UHGV virus genome: UHGV-0346646
Source: a virus
Length of the DNA stretch: 11,385 nt
Reading direction: 5' to 3' (one strand)
Shown here: in pieces, positions 1 to 6,240 of the stretch
How the letters are laid out: each line of letters begins with the position of its first letter
Position numbering within the stretch: position 1 is the stretch's first letter
The notes under the pieces: model-generated
Seen by the model: only the letters and a program-made list of their open reading frames with translations
Database searches by the model: none
What the model was told of the DNA's origin: nothing
Translations under genes and position numbers: made by a program

Positions 1-642
1 CGCTTCCACGGCGTTATTGATTACGCGCTTGCTGAAAGTGGCCCTGTGCTCTGAATAGATCGCCACCATTTCGCGGCTAAGTTCCATTGTGCTGACCGGA
101 CACCATACCCCGCCGCGCCATACGTGAACGATTTCACTTTCAGGATGTACGCAAACGCCATCAAAGCGATCGGCAAGCAGCTGCGCGCGCTCACTGTCCG
201 CCATCTGCGAAAGTTGCGCCTTTTGCTTTACCGGAAGCTCAATGACCAGACCATCAGAAAGATTCTGGCGCTCACGGGCCAGATATTCGCGCCAGTTCTC
301 CACCTTCTGACCGTGCATACCATCAGGGTAAAAATTTGCATCCTGTACGCCTGCCGCCGCCAGCTTCTGGCCAATCGCCTTTATCATTACTGGCGCAAGA
401 TATCCGGCCCTGAATATGCGCACGGATTTTCTGCCTTCCGGCACAATTTGCAGCTTATCCAGTTCTGATAACTGCTGCTCCCCAAGCCACACAGGAGGCT
501 CATTATCTCCGGCCATACGCGCATCATGTTCCTGCCATTGTTTCGCGTGTGCCCAGGCATCACTACCCGCAAAAATAATGACTTCTGTTCCTTTGTGTTT
601 TATGCCGCGTGACTGCTGTTTTACGTTCGGTGCCAGTTTCAT
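1..642 (-). CDS. hypothetical protein, 5-prime part only (gene continues past window start)
   Basis: ATG at 642-640 overlaps the stop of the upstream gene (ATGA). Frame stays open for all 214 codons down to position 1; checked by hand translation (MKLAPNVKQQSRGIKHKGTEVIIFAGSDAWAHAKQW...VWRGGVWCPVSTMELSREMVAIYSEHRATFSKRVINNAVEA). Absent from the ORF track because it has no stop inside the window. Function not recognised. Confidence 0.5.
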   Translation of the reverse strand, partial: MKLAPNVKQQSRGIKHKGTEVIIFAGSDAWAHAKQWQEHDARMAGDNEPPVWLGEQQLSELDKLQIVPEGRKSVRIFRAGYLAPVMIKAIGQKLAAAGVQDANFYPDGMHGQKVENWREYLARERQNLSDGLVIELPVKQKAQLSQMADSERAQLLADRFDGVCVHPESEIVHVWRGGVWCPVSTMELSREMVAIYSEHRATFSKRVINNAVEA

Positions 643-938
643 TTTTTACCCCTGAATCCTTTAATCATGGTTTTCATCTTCTGAATATTGGCGCGTGCTT
701 TCTCCCTGCTGGTGGGCACGTTACGCGGTACGGCCTGCACAAGAGAAAAATCACGGTCGAACTGATAAACAGGCATCACGCAATCATATTCGTAGCCTTC
801 ACGACGGTAGGTTACGCGCCGTTCCTCCACGCCCTTAATCATTACCGTGCCGCCGTACTTATCGCGGTAAATATCACCGCGCATGAATTTAGTGCGAGTT
901 TTGCCACTGGCAGTTAAGCCAGAATATTTAAGTTTCAT
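639..938 (-). CDS. hypothetical protein (99 aa)
   Basis: ATG at 938-936 with GGAGAA upstream; stop overlaps the start of the next minus-strand gene (ATGA at 639-642). Part of a translationally coupled minus-strand operon. No recognisable motif. Confidence 0.5.
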   Translation of the reverse strand: MKLKYSGLTASGKTRTKFMRGDIYRDKYGGTVMIKGVEERRVTYRREGYEYDCVMPVYQFDRDFSLVQAVPRNVPTSREKARANIQKMKTMIKGFRGKK

Positions 939-943
939 TATTT

Positions 944-1177
944 TTATTCTCCGGTGTGGGGCGCTTTATACTGGTCGTGTAATGTCTCTATTTCCTGCAA
1001 CTCATTTATTACAGGCTCAAGAAGCGTTATTAATGCCGTGACAATCCTTGATTTCTGTTTATCACGTTCATTATCTCCAAGCGTTTCAAGACATATGCGC
1101 AATATTTCCAACATATTTTCACTGTGAGAAAGTGCAAGAAATGCGCGGTCTATTGTTTCGTGGTAAATATCACGCAT
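944..1177 (-). CDS. hypothetical protein (77 aa)
   Basis: ATG at 1177-1175 preceded by GGGGA; stop at 944-946 lies 5 nt before the next gene start. Protein-like composition. Confidence 0.5.
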   Translation of the reverse strand: MRDIYHETIDRAFLALSHSENMLEILRICLETLGDNERDKQKSRIVTALITLLEPVINELQEIETLHDQYKAPHTGE

Positions 1178-1178
1178 A

Positions 1179-1613
1179 TTAATCCCCGTCCGTCGTTTTT
1201 CTTAAAATAACCTCTGTCACGAAATCAGCATAATCGGCGGCGATATTCAGTACATCAAGCCCCGTTGATTTATATTCTCTCGTGGAAAGTAAGAAAAAAT
1301 CCGCTCTAATAAGCTCTGGCATTGACGAAAGCGCATCAGCCGCATCATCAGGAACGCCGGAAAATTCCTGTTTCAGGGAATTAAAACGATCATCACGCAT
1401 AACCCCCCCATTTTCACAATCAGCAACAAGAATATTTTTAGCGTCATTCAGCGACCGCGTTGCGATGTATCGGATACATTCCAGGGCGAACTGTGTCCGG
1501 TCTTTCTGTTCTTCTCCCTGCGCAAGCTCTGCCGTGCATTCAATATCAATAAGCGCGTGCATCAGCGTAGTGAGTGCGGCGGCGGCTGCGTCCGGTGTGG
1601 TTTTATTGCACAT
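1179..1613 (-). CDS. hypothetical protein (144 aa from the ATG at 1613; track ORF starts further upstream at 1667)
   Basis: Internal ATG at 1613 is preceded by GGAGGGG at good spacing; the 1667 start has no Shine-Dalgarno. Overlaps the stop of the upstream gene by 11 nt. Function not recognised. Confidence 0.5.
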   Translation of the reverse strand: MCNKTTPDAAAAALTTLMHALIDIECTAELAQGEEQKDRTQFALECIRYIATRSLNDAKNILVADCENGGVMRDDRFNSLKQEFSGVPDDAADALSSMPELIRADFFLLSTREYKSTGLDVLNIAADYADFVTEVILRKTTDGD

Positions 1614-1833
1614 GTACCCCTCCGCATTTTTTTTCGTTAGAAATAAGCGTTCTTCTTTCCTGTTCATCGCTCAGGAATACGCAGACCTCACCGCTAAGGC
1701 GTTTAAGTAAGCCGATGATTGCCCCTGATTCGCTGTCGGTCATCATGCCAGGGTAATCCTCTGCCAGTGCGCAAATAACTTCGATTTGGTGGGCGCGTTC
1801 TGCTGCCTGTTGTAGTGTGATTTCCTGGCTCAT
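1603..1833 (-). CDS. hypothetical protein (76 aa)
   Basis: ATG at 1833-1831 overlaps the stop of the upstream gene (ATGA); GGGGG upstream. Confidence 0.45.
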   Translation of the reverse strand: MSQEITLQQAAERAHQIEVICALAEDYPGMMTDSESGAIIGLLKRLSGEVCVFLSDEQERRTLISNEKKCGGVHVQ

Positions 1834-2030
1834 AAGCCTACCCCCTGACGAATACGGGCAGCAAATACCATCACGCAGCCAGCCGGAGATTGCTGGCGTG
1901 CTTCCTGTTCGCTGGTGGCCTCAATGGTAATCACGCGCGGTTGTGCCGTGCTCAGGGCGATAAAACGCCAGATGTATTTATTCAGGTTGTGCGAGTCCCG
2001 CCCTTGCGGGTGTGTGGTATGATTTAACAT
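1830..2030 (-). CDS. small protein (66 aa), possibly Icd-like; family assignment is tentative
   Basis: ATG at 2030-2028 with GAGG 5-6 nt upstream; first gene of the minus-strand operon, downstream of a strong predicted promoter. It is also the C-terminal 66 codons of the long track ORF 1830..3116, which I consider a read-through artefact. Confidence 0.5.
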   Translation of the reverse strand: MLNHTTHPQGRDSHNLNKYIWRFIALSTAQPRVITIEATSEQEARQQSPAGCVMVFAARIRQGVGL

Positions 2031-2067
2031 AGCTACCTCGATACTTTCGCTATCGTTGGTGGTTAGA

Positions 2068-2100
2068 AGCCCTGCGAGTGGTAACGACACTTGCGGGGCT
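2068..2100. promoter_or_regulatory. 13-bp-arm inverted repeat (AGCCCTGCGAGTG / CACTTGCGGGGCT, 7-nt loop) in the leader of the minus-strand operon
   Basis: Read directly: the arms pair fully if two G-U wobbles are allowed. Sits between the predicted minus-strand promoter and the start at 2030. Confidence 0.4.
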
Positions 2101-2127
2101 TTGCATTTATGCACCTTGATAATCTCA

Positions 2128-2168
2128 AGGTGTAGCCCACTATATGCTTTAGGTGTGGCCCACGTCAA
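2128..2168 (-). promoter_or_regulatory. predicted sigma70 promoter for the minus-strand small-gene operon, overlapped by two direct repeats (AGGTGTAGCCCAC 2128-2140 and AGGTGTGGCCCAC 2151-2163)
   Basis: On the minus strand: -35 TTGACG (2168-2163), 18-bp spacer, -10 TATAGT (2144-2139). The direct repeats overlap the spacer and the start site, as operator sites would. Confidence 0.4.
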
Positions 2169-2170
2169 GG

Positions 2171-2199
2171 GTTTTATTTGTGCTTTTTCTGTGTATACT
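2171..2199 (+). promoter_or_regulatory. possible promoter for the ribbon-helix-helix gene
   Basis: -10 TATACT at 2194-2199; the -35 is weak (GTTTTA region). Divergent from the minus-strand promoter. Confidence 0.3.
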
Positions 2200-2229
2200 G
2201 TCCCCCACCAATCCAACAGAGGAATAGAA

Positions 2230-2409
2230 ATGGCAACGGGTACAACAAACGCAAAATCACAAGCTCTAAAGGCTCGTGTACCACACGAAATAGTAAACGC
2301 CATGGAATCAGTGAAAGAATCAGGCGAAAGCACATCACAATTCATCATTGCGTCAATGCAAGGCGAGATCAAACGCCGCCAGCGCCGCAAGGCCAAAGAG
2401 CAGGAGTAA
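2230..2409 (+). CDS. ribbon-helix-helix (Arc/MetJ/CopG-like) DNA-binding protein, 59 aa
   Basis: ATG at 2230 with AGAGGAA Shine-Dalgarno. Protein MATGTTNAKSQALKARVPHEIVNAMESVKESGESTSQFIIASMQGEIKRRQRRKAKEQE has the strand-helix-helix pattern typical of RHH repressors. Followed by tandem plus-strand terminators. Confidence 0.6.
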   Translation: MATGTTNAKSQALKARVPHEIVNAMESVKESGESTSQFIIASMQGEIKRRQRRKAKEQE

Positions 2410-2466
2410 CCATCACCAGCGCCGTGGTGTGAGTAACTACGGCGCATTGCTATGCAGGACAACACA

Positions 2467-2640
2467 ATGACCGATAAAGAATTGACCAAAACATTATCAC
2501 CGGCACGGAAAAGACGGCGCAGAAAGATAGAGCATGAATCAGAAAGATTCGCGCCATGTGCTTTTGCCCTTGAGCAATTCCTTAAAGAGTACAGGGAAAA
2601 GCGCTCATTGCAGGTATGGCAACGAACTGAACCTGACTGA
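2467..2640 (+). CDS. possible small basic protein (57 aa)
   Basis: ATG at 2467 with a weak AGGA upstream; Lys/Arg-rich (SPARKRRRRK). Lies between the RHH gene and the plus-strand terminators. Weakly supported. Confidence 0.3.
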   Translation: MTDKELTKTLSPARKRRRRKIEHESERFAPCAFALEQFLKEYREKRSLQVWQRTEPD

Positions 2641-2719
2641 TTGCATTGCCCACCAGCCGCAAATGTGGCATTGTTGGCAATGCTCATGCGTTGGGGATAA
2701 CGTGTAGCTTGTGTCGAGG

Positions 2720-2748
2720 GGCCACCGTAGCGGGTGGCCTTTGTTTTG
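2720..2748 (+). terminator. rho-independent terminator
   Basis: Stem GGCCACC / GGTGGCC with loop GTAGCG, followed by TTTGTTTTG. Confidence 0.6.
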
Positions 2749-2843
2749 CCCGTTATTCGGCAATTGTGGCGCTTCTCCACATGGTTGATATAATCCCACT
2801 GCTCAGATTCATTTTTTGCGCAGTAGGTTAATTGTTCACAAAG

Positions 2844-2877
2844 GCGCTCCGGCAACGGGGCGCTTTTTGTTTTTATT
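2844..2877 (+). terminator. rho-independent terminator (second of a tandem pair)
   Basis: Stem GCGCTCCG / CGGGGCGC (one G-U) with loop GCAA, followed by TTTTTGTTTTTATT. Confidence 0.6.
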
Positions 2878-2882
2878 AGTTT

Positions 2883-3116
2883 GTAGAAACCTGACTCAGA
2901 GATAATGCTCATATTCTGATTGCCGTCAGGGGTGTAAGTTAAATTTACTCCCTTTTTATCATCAAACATCTGCAACGCTCTGGCGTTAACAATATTGGTT
3001 TCACTCCCGCCAGTAAGGCCGGAAATAACCGGAATAATTTCGGCAAAATTTTGCAGATTCTGTTTTTCAGGACGAACGAAGCCCCGCCCTTGTTCGGGAG
3101 AATATCCAGTATTCAT
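2883..3116 (-). CDS. BRO-N / antirepressor-like N-terminal domain ORF, probably truncated or degenerate
   Basis: First ~78 codons of track ORF 1830..3116 (…DDKKGVNLTYTPDGNQNMSIISESGFYKLI) resemble the C-terminal half of a BRO-N domain from memory. The similarity ends where the plus-strand terminator at 2844-2877 is encoded; the remaining ~350 codons have Cys/Trp/Arg-rich antisense-like composition. True end unknown. Confidence 0.3.
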
Positions 3117-3168
3117 GGTTAGATCTCTGTATTAGTGGATGGGTGGCGGCTGTGTGCCGCCAGCCTGA

Positions 3169-3357
3169 TTAGTGAACTGCCTCGCAGCTGTCCTTCCATG
3201 CCAGAACTTCGGATAAAGACCAGCCAACGGAACGACCGCCCAGCTTACGCCGTGATGGGAATTGTCCGGCTTTTTCCAGGTGGTACCGACATGAGCGGCT
3301 CAGGCCTGTAAGTTGCTGACATTCTTTTTCACGTATAAAGCGATCTGTGCTTAACAC
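3169..3357 (-). CDS. alpA: AlpA-family (prophage CP4-57-type) transcriptional regulator / excisionase-like HTH protein
   Basis: GTG start at 3357-3355 preceded by GGGGGA. Protein (…QQLTGLSRSCRYHLEKAGQFPSRRKLGGRSVGWSLSEVLAWK) matches the AlpA pattern TG.SR.T.Y…G.FP…KLG.RSVGW..SE…W. Sits next to the integrase, as in P4-like islands. Confidence 0.85.
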   Translation of the reverse strand: MLSTDRFIREKECQQLTGLSRSCRYHLEKAGQFPSRRKLGGRSVGWSLSEVLAWKDSCEAVH

Positions 3358-3640
3358 AATTCCCCCTTTGTTGTTTCTTAAAGAGTCATTGGGTGGATTA
3401 TTGGGTTGGGTTGTGTCGGATTGTGTCAGGGTGTTTGTGGAATGGCAAACACTGGCGGCGGTCGTTTTACAGAAGCAGGGGAAATGAGAATAAAAACTCT
3501 TTTAATTCATTATGATGCAAAGGCATAAAATTTTACTTTTACGCCTTTTTTACATATTTTTAAGAGTGATTCGCCAGTGTATAAAAAAACAGTACACCTA
3601 TAAAAATCAAATGGTTATTACGATGGCTGATTTTTAACCC

Positions 3641-3700
3641 GTTGTTCCATTTTGTTCCTTGTTGTTCGTCGTTGTGTCTCGTTGTTTCACGTTGTCCGCA
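3641..3700. repeat. cluster of short direct repeats (CGTTGTT/CGTTGTC units) between the integrase and alpA
   Basis: Read directly: gttgttccattttgttccttgttgttcgtcgttgtgtctcgttgtttcacgttgtcc. Related TTGTGTC units occur at 3400-3440. Confidence 0.5.
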
Positions 3701-3722
3701 TCCTGAAAAATCGCAAAAAAAA

Positions 3723-4970
3723 TTATATTTCTCTGGCTATTGGCAATGTGGTTACGTTTTCATGTGTTCCCGCCAGTATCCCTAACCGCTCCGTCCACAT
3801 ATCCAGCGCGTCACGTTTCGCATCCAGATAACGGGAATGGTTATAGACTCGTTGCATCCCTGGCATCTGATGACCTGTAAGCTGCTCCACGACGTGAGGA
3901 TCCACGCCTAAATCGTTCAGCATCGTTGTAAAGGTGCGCCGGATGTCATGCAGTGACCAGTGAGGGTGTTTTAGCCTCCTGTGCGCTAATCTGCCGTACT
4001 GCGACACGCTTGTTTCCTGTTTCACTTCCCCCAGCAATAAGCCCGTGTGCCTGTTCTGCTCCACCAGCTGCGTGACGAACGGCAGTATTGCTTCCGGTAT
4101 GGGCCGGAATATTGCCACCTTCGTTTTGCTGTGTTCTTTCGGCACGGTCCAGAGCATTTCGGTAAAATCCCACTCGCTGATCTCCGATAACCTCAGTTCT
4201 ACCGTCCGGCATCCGAAAACAATCAGGAGGCGGATTAGTGCGACGTAGTAAGGGGAAAATATTTTTTTGTCCAGTGCCTGCAATAATTCGCCAAGTTCTT
4301 TGGTGCTTAAGACGCGCTCGCTTATATCCGGTTTTTTCCCAACGTCCGCCACACTCATATCATCAAGAACGTTGCTGATTGCATAGCGCCGCCTCCGGCA
4401 GAACTTAAGCGCCTGTTTGCACGTCTGTAGCAAGAATCCGGCAGTAACAGGCGTTCGCTTTGCCACCTGGTCAAAACAGGCCAGCCAGTGCCGTAGCTCG
4501 CATTTATCCAGCGGCATAGCACCAATGTGCTGTATTACGTGATTATTAAGGCGCTTTTTCAGGGCGGCATAATCCACGCGGTTTTCCTTTGCGTACGACT
4601 CAAGCCAGTAGGTGAGCGCATCGCCAACCGTTACCGGCTTTAACGCTTCCTGTACGGTGTAATTCATTTCATGACGTGGATTTTTCCCCTCTGCCAGCCA
4701 TGCGCGACACTGGGCGGCTTTTTCCCTGGCTGATTTCAGGCTCAGATCAGGATAATTTCCCAGCTTAATGCGTTCCGGTGGTGCCCCCCTTCCCGTTCCG
4801 GCCCTGTAAGTGAAATACCAGGTTAAAAGGCCACTGGTTGAATGCCTGACGCTCAGGTTTCCACCGTCATTAAGAAAGGCTGTTTTTTGGGCGGGTGTGC
4901 CGTTGATTTTCCTCAGCTGTGTATCGCTCAGTTTGTTAAGTGCTCTGCTCATAATTTTGATTCCGGTCAT
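3723..4970 (-). CDS. int: P4-type tyrosine integrase (site-specific recombinase, phage integrase family)
   Basis: Conserved C-terminal catalytic region HDIRRTF…GHQMPGMQRVYNHSRYLD (H-x-x-R and catalytic Tyr context) and an N-terminal arm-binding-type region like P4/CP4-57 integrases. Start is ambiguous: GTG 4973, ATG 4970 or ATG 4952 (MSRALNKLSDTQ…). Confidence 0.9.
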   Translation of the reverse strand: MTGIKIMSRALNKLSDTQLRKINGTPAQKTAFLNDGGNLSVRHSTSGLLTWYFTYRAGTGRGAPPERIKLGNYPDLSLKSAREKAAQCRAWLAEGKNPRHEMNYTVQEALKPVTVGDALTYWLESYAKENRVDYAALKKRLNNHVIQHIGAMPLDKCELRHWLACFDQVAKRTPVTAGFLLQTCKQALKFCRRRRYAISNVLDDMSVADVGKKPDISERVLSTKELGELLQALDKKIFSPYYVALIRLLIVFGCRTVELRLSEISEWDFTEMLWTVPKEHSKTKVAIFRPIPEAILPFVTQLVEQNRHTGLLLGEVKQETSVSQYGRLAHRRLKHPHWSLHDIRRTFTTMLNDLGVDPHVVEQLTGHQMPGMQRVYNHSRYLDAKRDALDMWTERLGILAGTHENVTTLPIAREI

Positions 4971-4972
4971 CA

Positions 4973-5009
4973 CAATTAACTACACCATTAACTACACCGA
5001 TCGTTGCAC
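4973..5009. repeat. direct repeat copy 1 (contains tandem AACTACACC units), immediately upstream of and overlapping the integrase start
   Basis: caattaactacaccattaactacaccgatcgttgcac. A near-identical copy lies 234 bp away at 5207-5242; the flanks share a degenerate ACAACGTG-GAACAA motif. Confidence 0.7.
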
Positions 5010-5206
5010 AAAGGGCTACAACGTGAAACAAGCTGGAACAAGGAAAATCACAAATCTGTTTATAATCAAAAACATAATGAACAACCTGAAACATTATGAA
5101 ACGGCAAAAAACACTAATTGATAAAATATGTCCTTTTATCACTACATCAAGGCAAGCCATTGATTTAATTAAATGATTTGCACTGCAAAAAGTGCTAAAA
5201 ATCGCA

Positions 5207-5242
5207 AATTGACTACACCATTAACTACACCGATCGTTGCAC
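5207..5242. repeat. direct repeat copy 2 of the integrase-upstream repeat
   Basis: aattgactacaccattaactacaccgatcgttgcac; one mismatch against copy 1. Confidence 0.7.
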
Positions 5243-5451
5243 TGTATGAAACAACGTGGAACAAATAGACACAAGAAATATACAGGCGGGTCATCTTTCC
5301 AGGGGGAAGCGCGCCAATTCATGAGGGGCGTTAATGTCGATATGGGGATCCCCATAACGGGGCTACCTGGCTTTTTTCCGGTTAAATGTCAATCAGGCTG
5401 GTGGGTTTTACATACCCTTGATCACCGTAATGATGATCCAGATGTGCGCCT

Positions 5452-5507
5452 TTCCACCAATGGTGGAAAAGCCCACAGCAGGCCGCCCAGCCTCCCCCAA
5501 TGGGGGA
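5452..5507. repeat. pair of related GC-rich palindromes (TTCCACCAATGGTGGAA at 5452-5468; TCCCCCAATGGGGGA at 5493-5507)
   Basis: Read directly; centres 41 bp apart. A third palindrome, ATGGGGATCCCCAT, is at 5342-5355. Candidate protein-binding or recombination core sites in the non-coding junction. Confidence 0.5.
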
Positions 5508-5515
5508 TTGTGGAA

Positions 5516-5684
5516 GAATCAACGGGTTAGGCCTTAATGGGCTGCGTGGTAATTATCAGCATCCAGAATATGACGGGTTATGTTTCCGACCTCTTCAATT
5601 TGAGGTTCCCGAAAATATCAACGGGTTAGGCTGGTTTCCCCGATGTTCGCCGCTGGCGAATTTCGAAAATATCAACCAGTTACC
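5516..5684. repeat. three direct repeats of an ATCAAC(G/C)(G/A)GTTA(G/C)(G/C) unit (5516-5533, 5608-5632, 5662-5684)
   Basis: gaatcaacgggttaggcc; cccgaaaatatcaacgggttaggct; ttcgaaaatatcaaccagttacc. The last copy overlaps the stop of the 93-aa gene. Confidence 0.5.
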
Positions 5685-5961
5685 GCCGCAACCGCTCCGG
5701 CTTCTTCCAGTGGTACGTAATTTTCTCCGTTTCCCGATACAGTGCCACGCGGCGATTGTAGGCCAGCATTTCAAGAACGCGGATCCGTATGTTGCGCATA
5801 TCCACATCATTAAGCTGGATACCATTACGGCGAATCACCTCAGCAACCACACGAACATAATTTTCGGCGGTCACGCTGTCCGGCTGCGTGGTCTGTTCGT
5901 CGGCCTGCTGGCTGATTCCGGCAACGCGGCGGATTAATCGCAGTATTTCGGCTTCTGTCAT
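5680..5961 (-). CDS. hypothetical protein (93 aa), last gene of the packaging-side module
   Basis: ATG at 5961-5959 with GGGGG 5 nt upstream; the track ORF 5680..6159 extends upstream through the cos copy and is not credible there. Protein MTEAEILRLIRRVAGISQQ… has no recognised motif. Confidence 0.5.
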   Translation of the reverse strand: MTEAEILRLIRRVAGISQQADEQTTQPDSVTAENYVRVVAEVIRRNGIQLNDVDMRNIRIRVLEMLAYNRRVALYRETEKITYHWKKPERLRR

Positions 5962-5994
5962 TGTGCCCCCATCGTTCTGATAGTCTGGTGTCGT

Positions 5995-6066
5995 CGGGTC
6001 CTTCCTGGAATTATGGCCCGTTACGGGGCGGCGACCTCGCGCGTTTTCACTATTTATGAAAATTTT
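5995..6066 (+). other. lambda-type cos site, copy 1 (cosN with cohesive-end sequence GGGCGGCGACCT at 6026-6037)
   Basis: gttacgGGGCGGCGACCTcgcgcgttttcactatttatgaaaattttt is near-identical to the lambda genome junction (…GTTACG / GGGCGGCGACCTCGCGGGTTTTCGCTATTTATGAAAATTTTCCGG) as I remember it. Confidence 0.75.
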
Positions 6067-6075
6067 TCGGGATCC

Positions 6076-6172
6076 ATGTCCGGTTTCTCTGCAAGTTAAC
6101 CATATGAAAAATATAAAAACATGCTTTCCATGAACCGGACATGCGCAAAAAACAGACACTAAAACCGGACAT
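6076..6172 (+). promoter_or_regulatory. cosB-like repeats: ATGTCCGGTT (6076-6085, inverted), AT-rich spacer, AACCGGACAT (6134-6143) and AACCGGACAT (6163-6172)
   Basis: One inverted plus two direct 10-bp sites with an A/T-rich stretch between the inverted pair, paralleling lambda cosB (R3 - IHF site I1 - R2 - R1). Lies directly after cosN copy 1. Confidence 0.5.
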
Positions 6173-6240
6173 CGAACCAGTTAACCGAAAGTGTGCACAA
6201 ATCACATGCATTGCTGCGAGTGATTAACAAGTTATCGGCT

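Noticed and set aside
124-917. Plus-strand track ORFs 124..468, 416..655 and 609..917
   Set aside because: They lie antisense to the coupled minus-strand genes at 1..642 and 639..938, have junk-like composition (Cys/Arg/Leu-rich), and lack good ribosome-binding sites.
1830-3116. Single 428-aa minus-strand protein
   Set aside because: Middle section is antisense to a well-supported RHH gene and encodes two plus-strand terminators; its composition is not protein-like there. Treated as a chance read-through joining a BRO-N-like fragment and a separate 66-aa gene.
4810-5160. Track ORFs 4810..5121 (+) and 4936..5160 (-) in the integrase-upstream region
   Set aside because: AT-rich repeat DNA overlapping the int start and direct repeats; low-complexity hydrophobic translations, no ribosome-binding site.
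4973-5700. tRNA or tmRNA gene as integration target in the junction
   Set aside because: Searched by eye for T-loop (GGTTCGAATCC-like) and CCA-end signatures on both strands and found none.
5237-5937. Plus-strand track ORFs 5237..5530 and 5500..5937
   Set aside because: The first spans palindromes and repeats with no Shine-Dalgarno; the second is antisense to the better-supported 93-aa gene.
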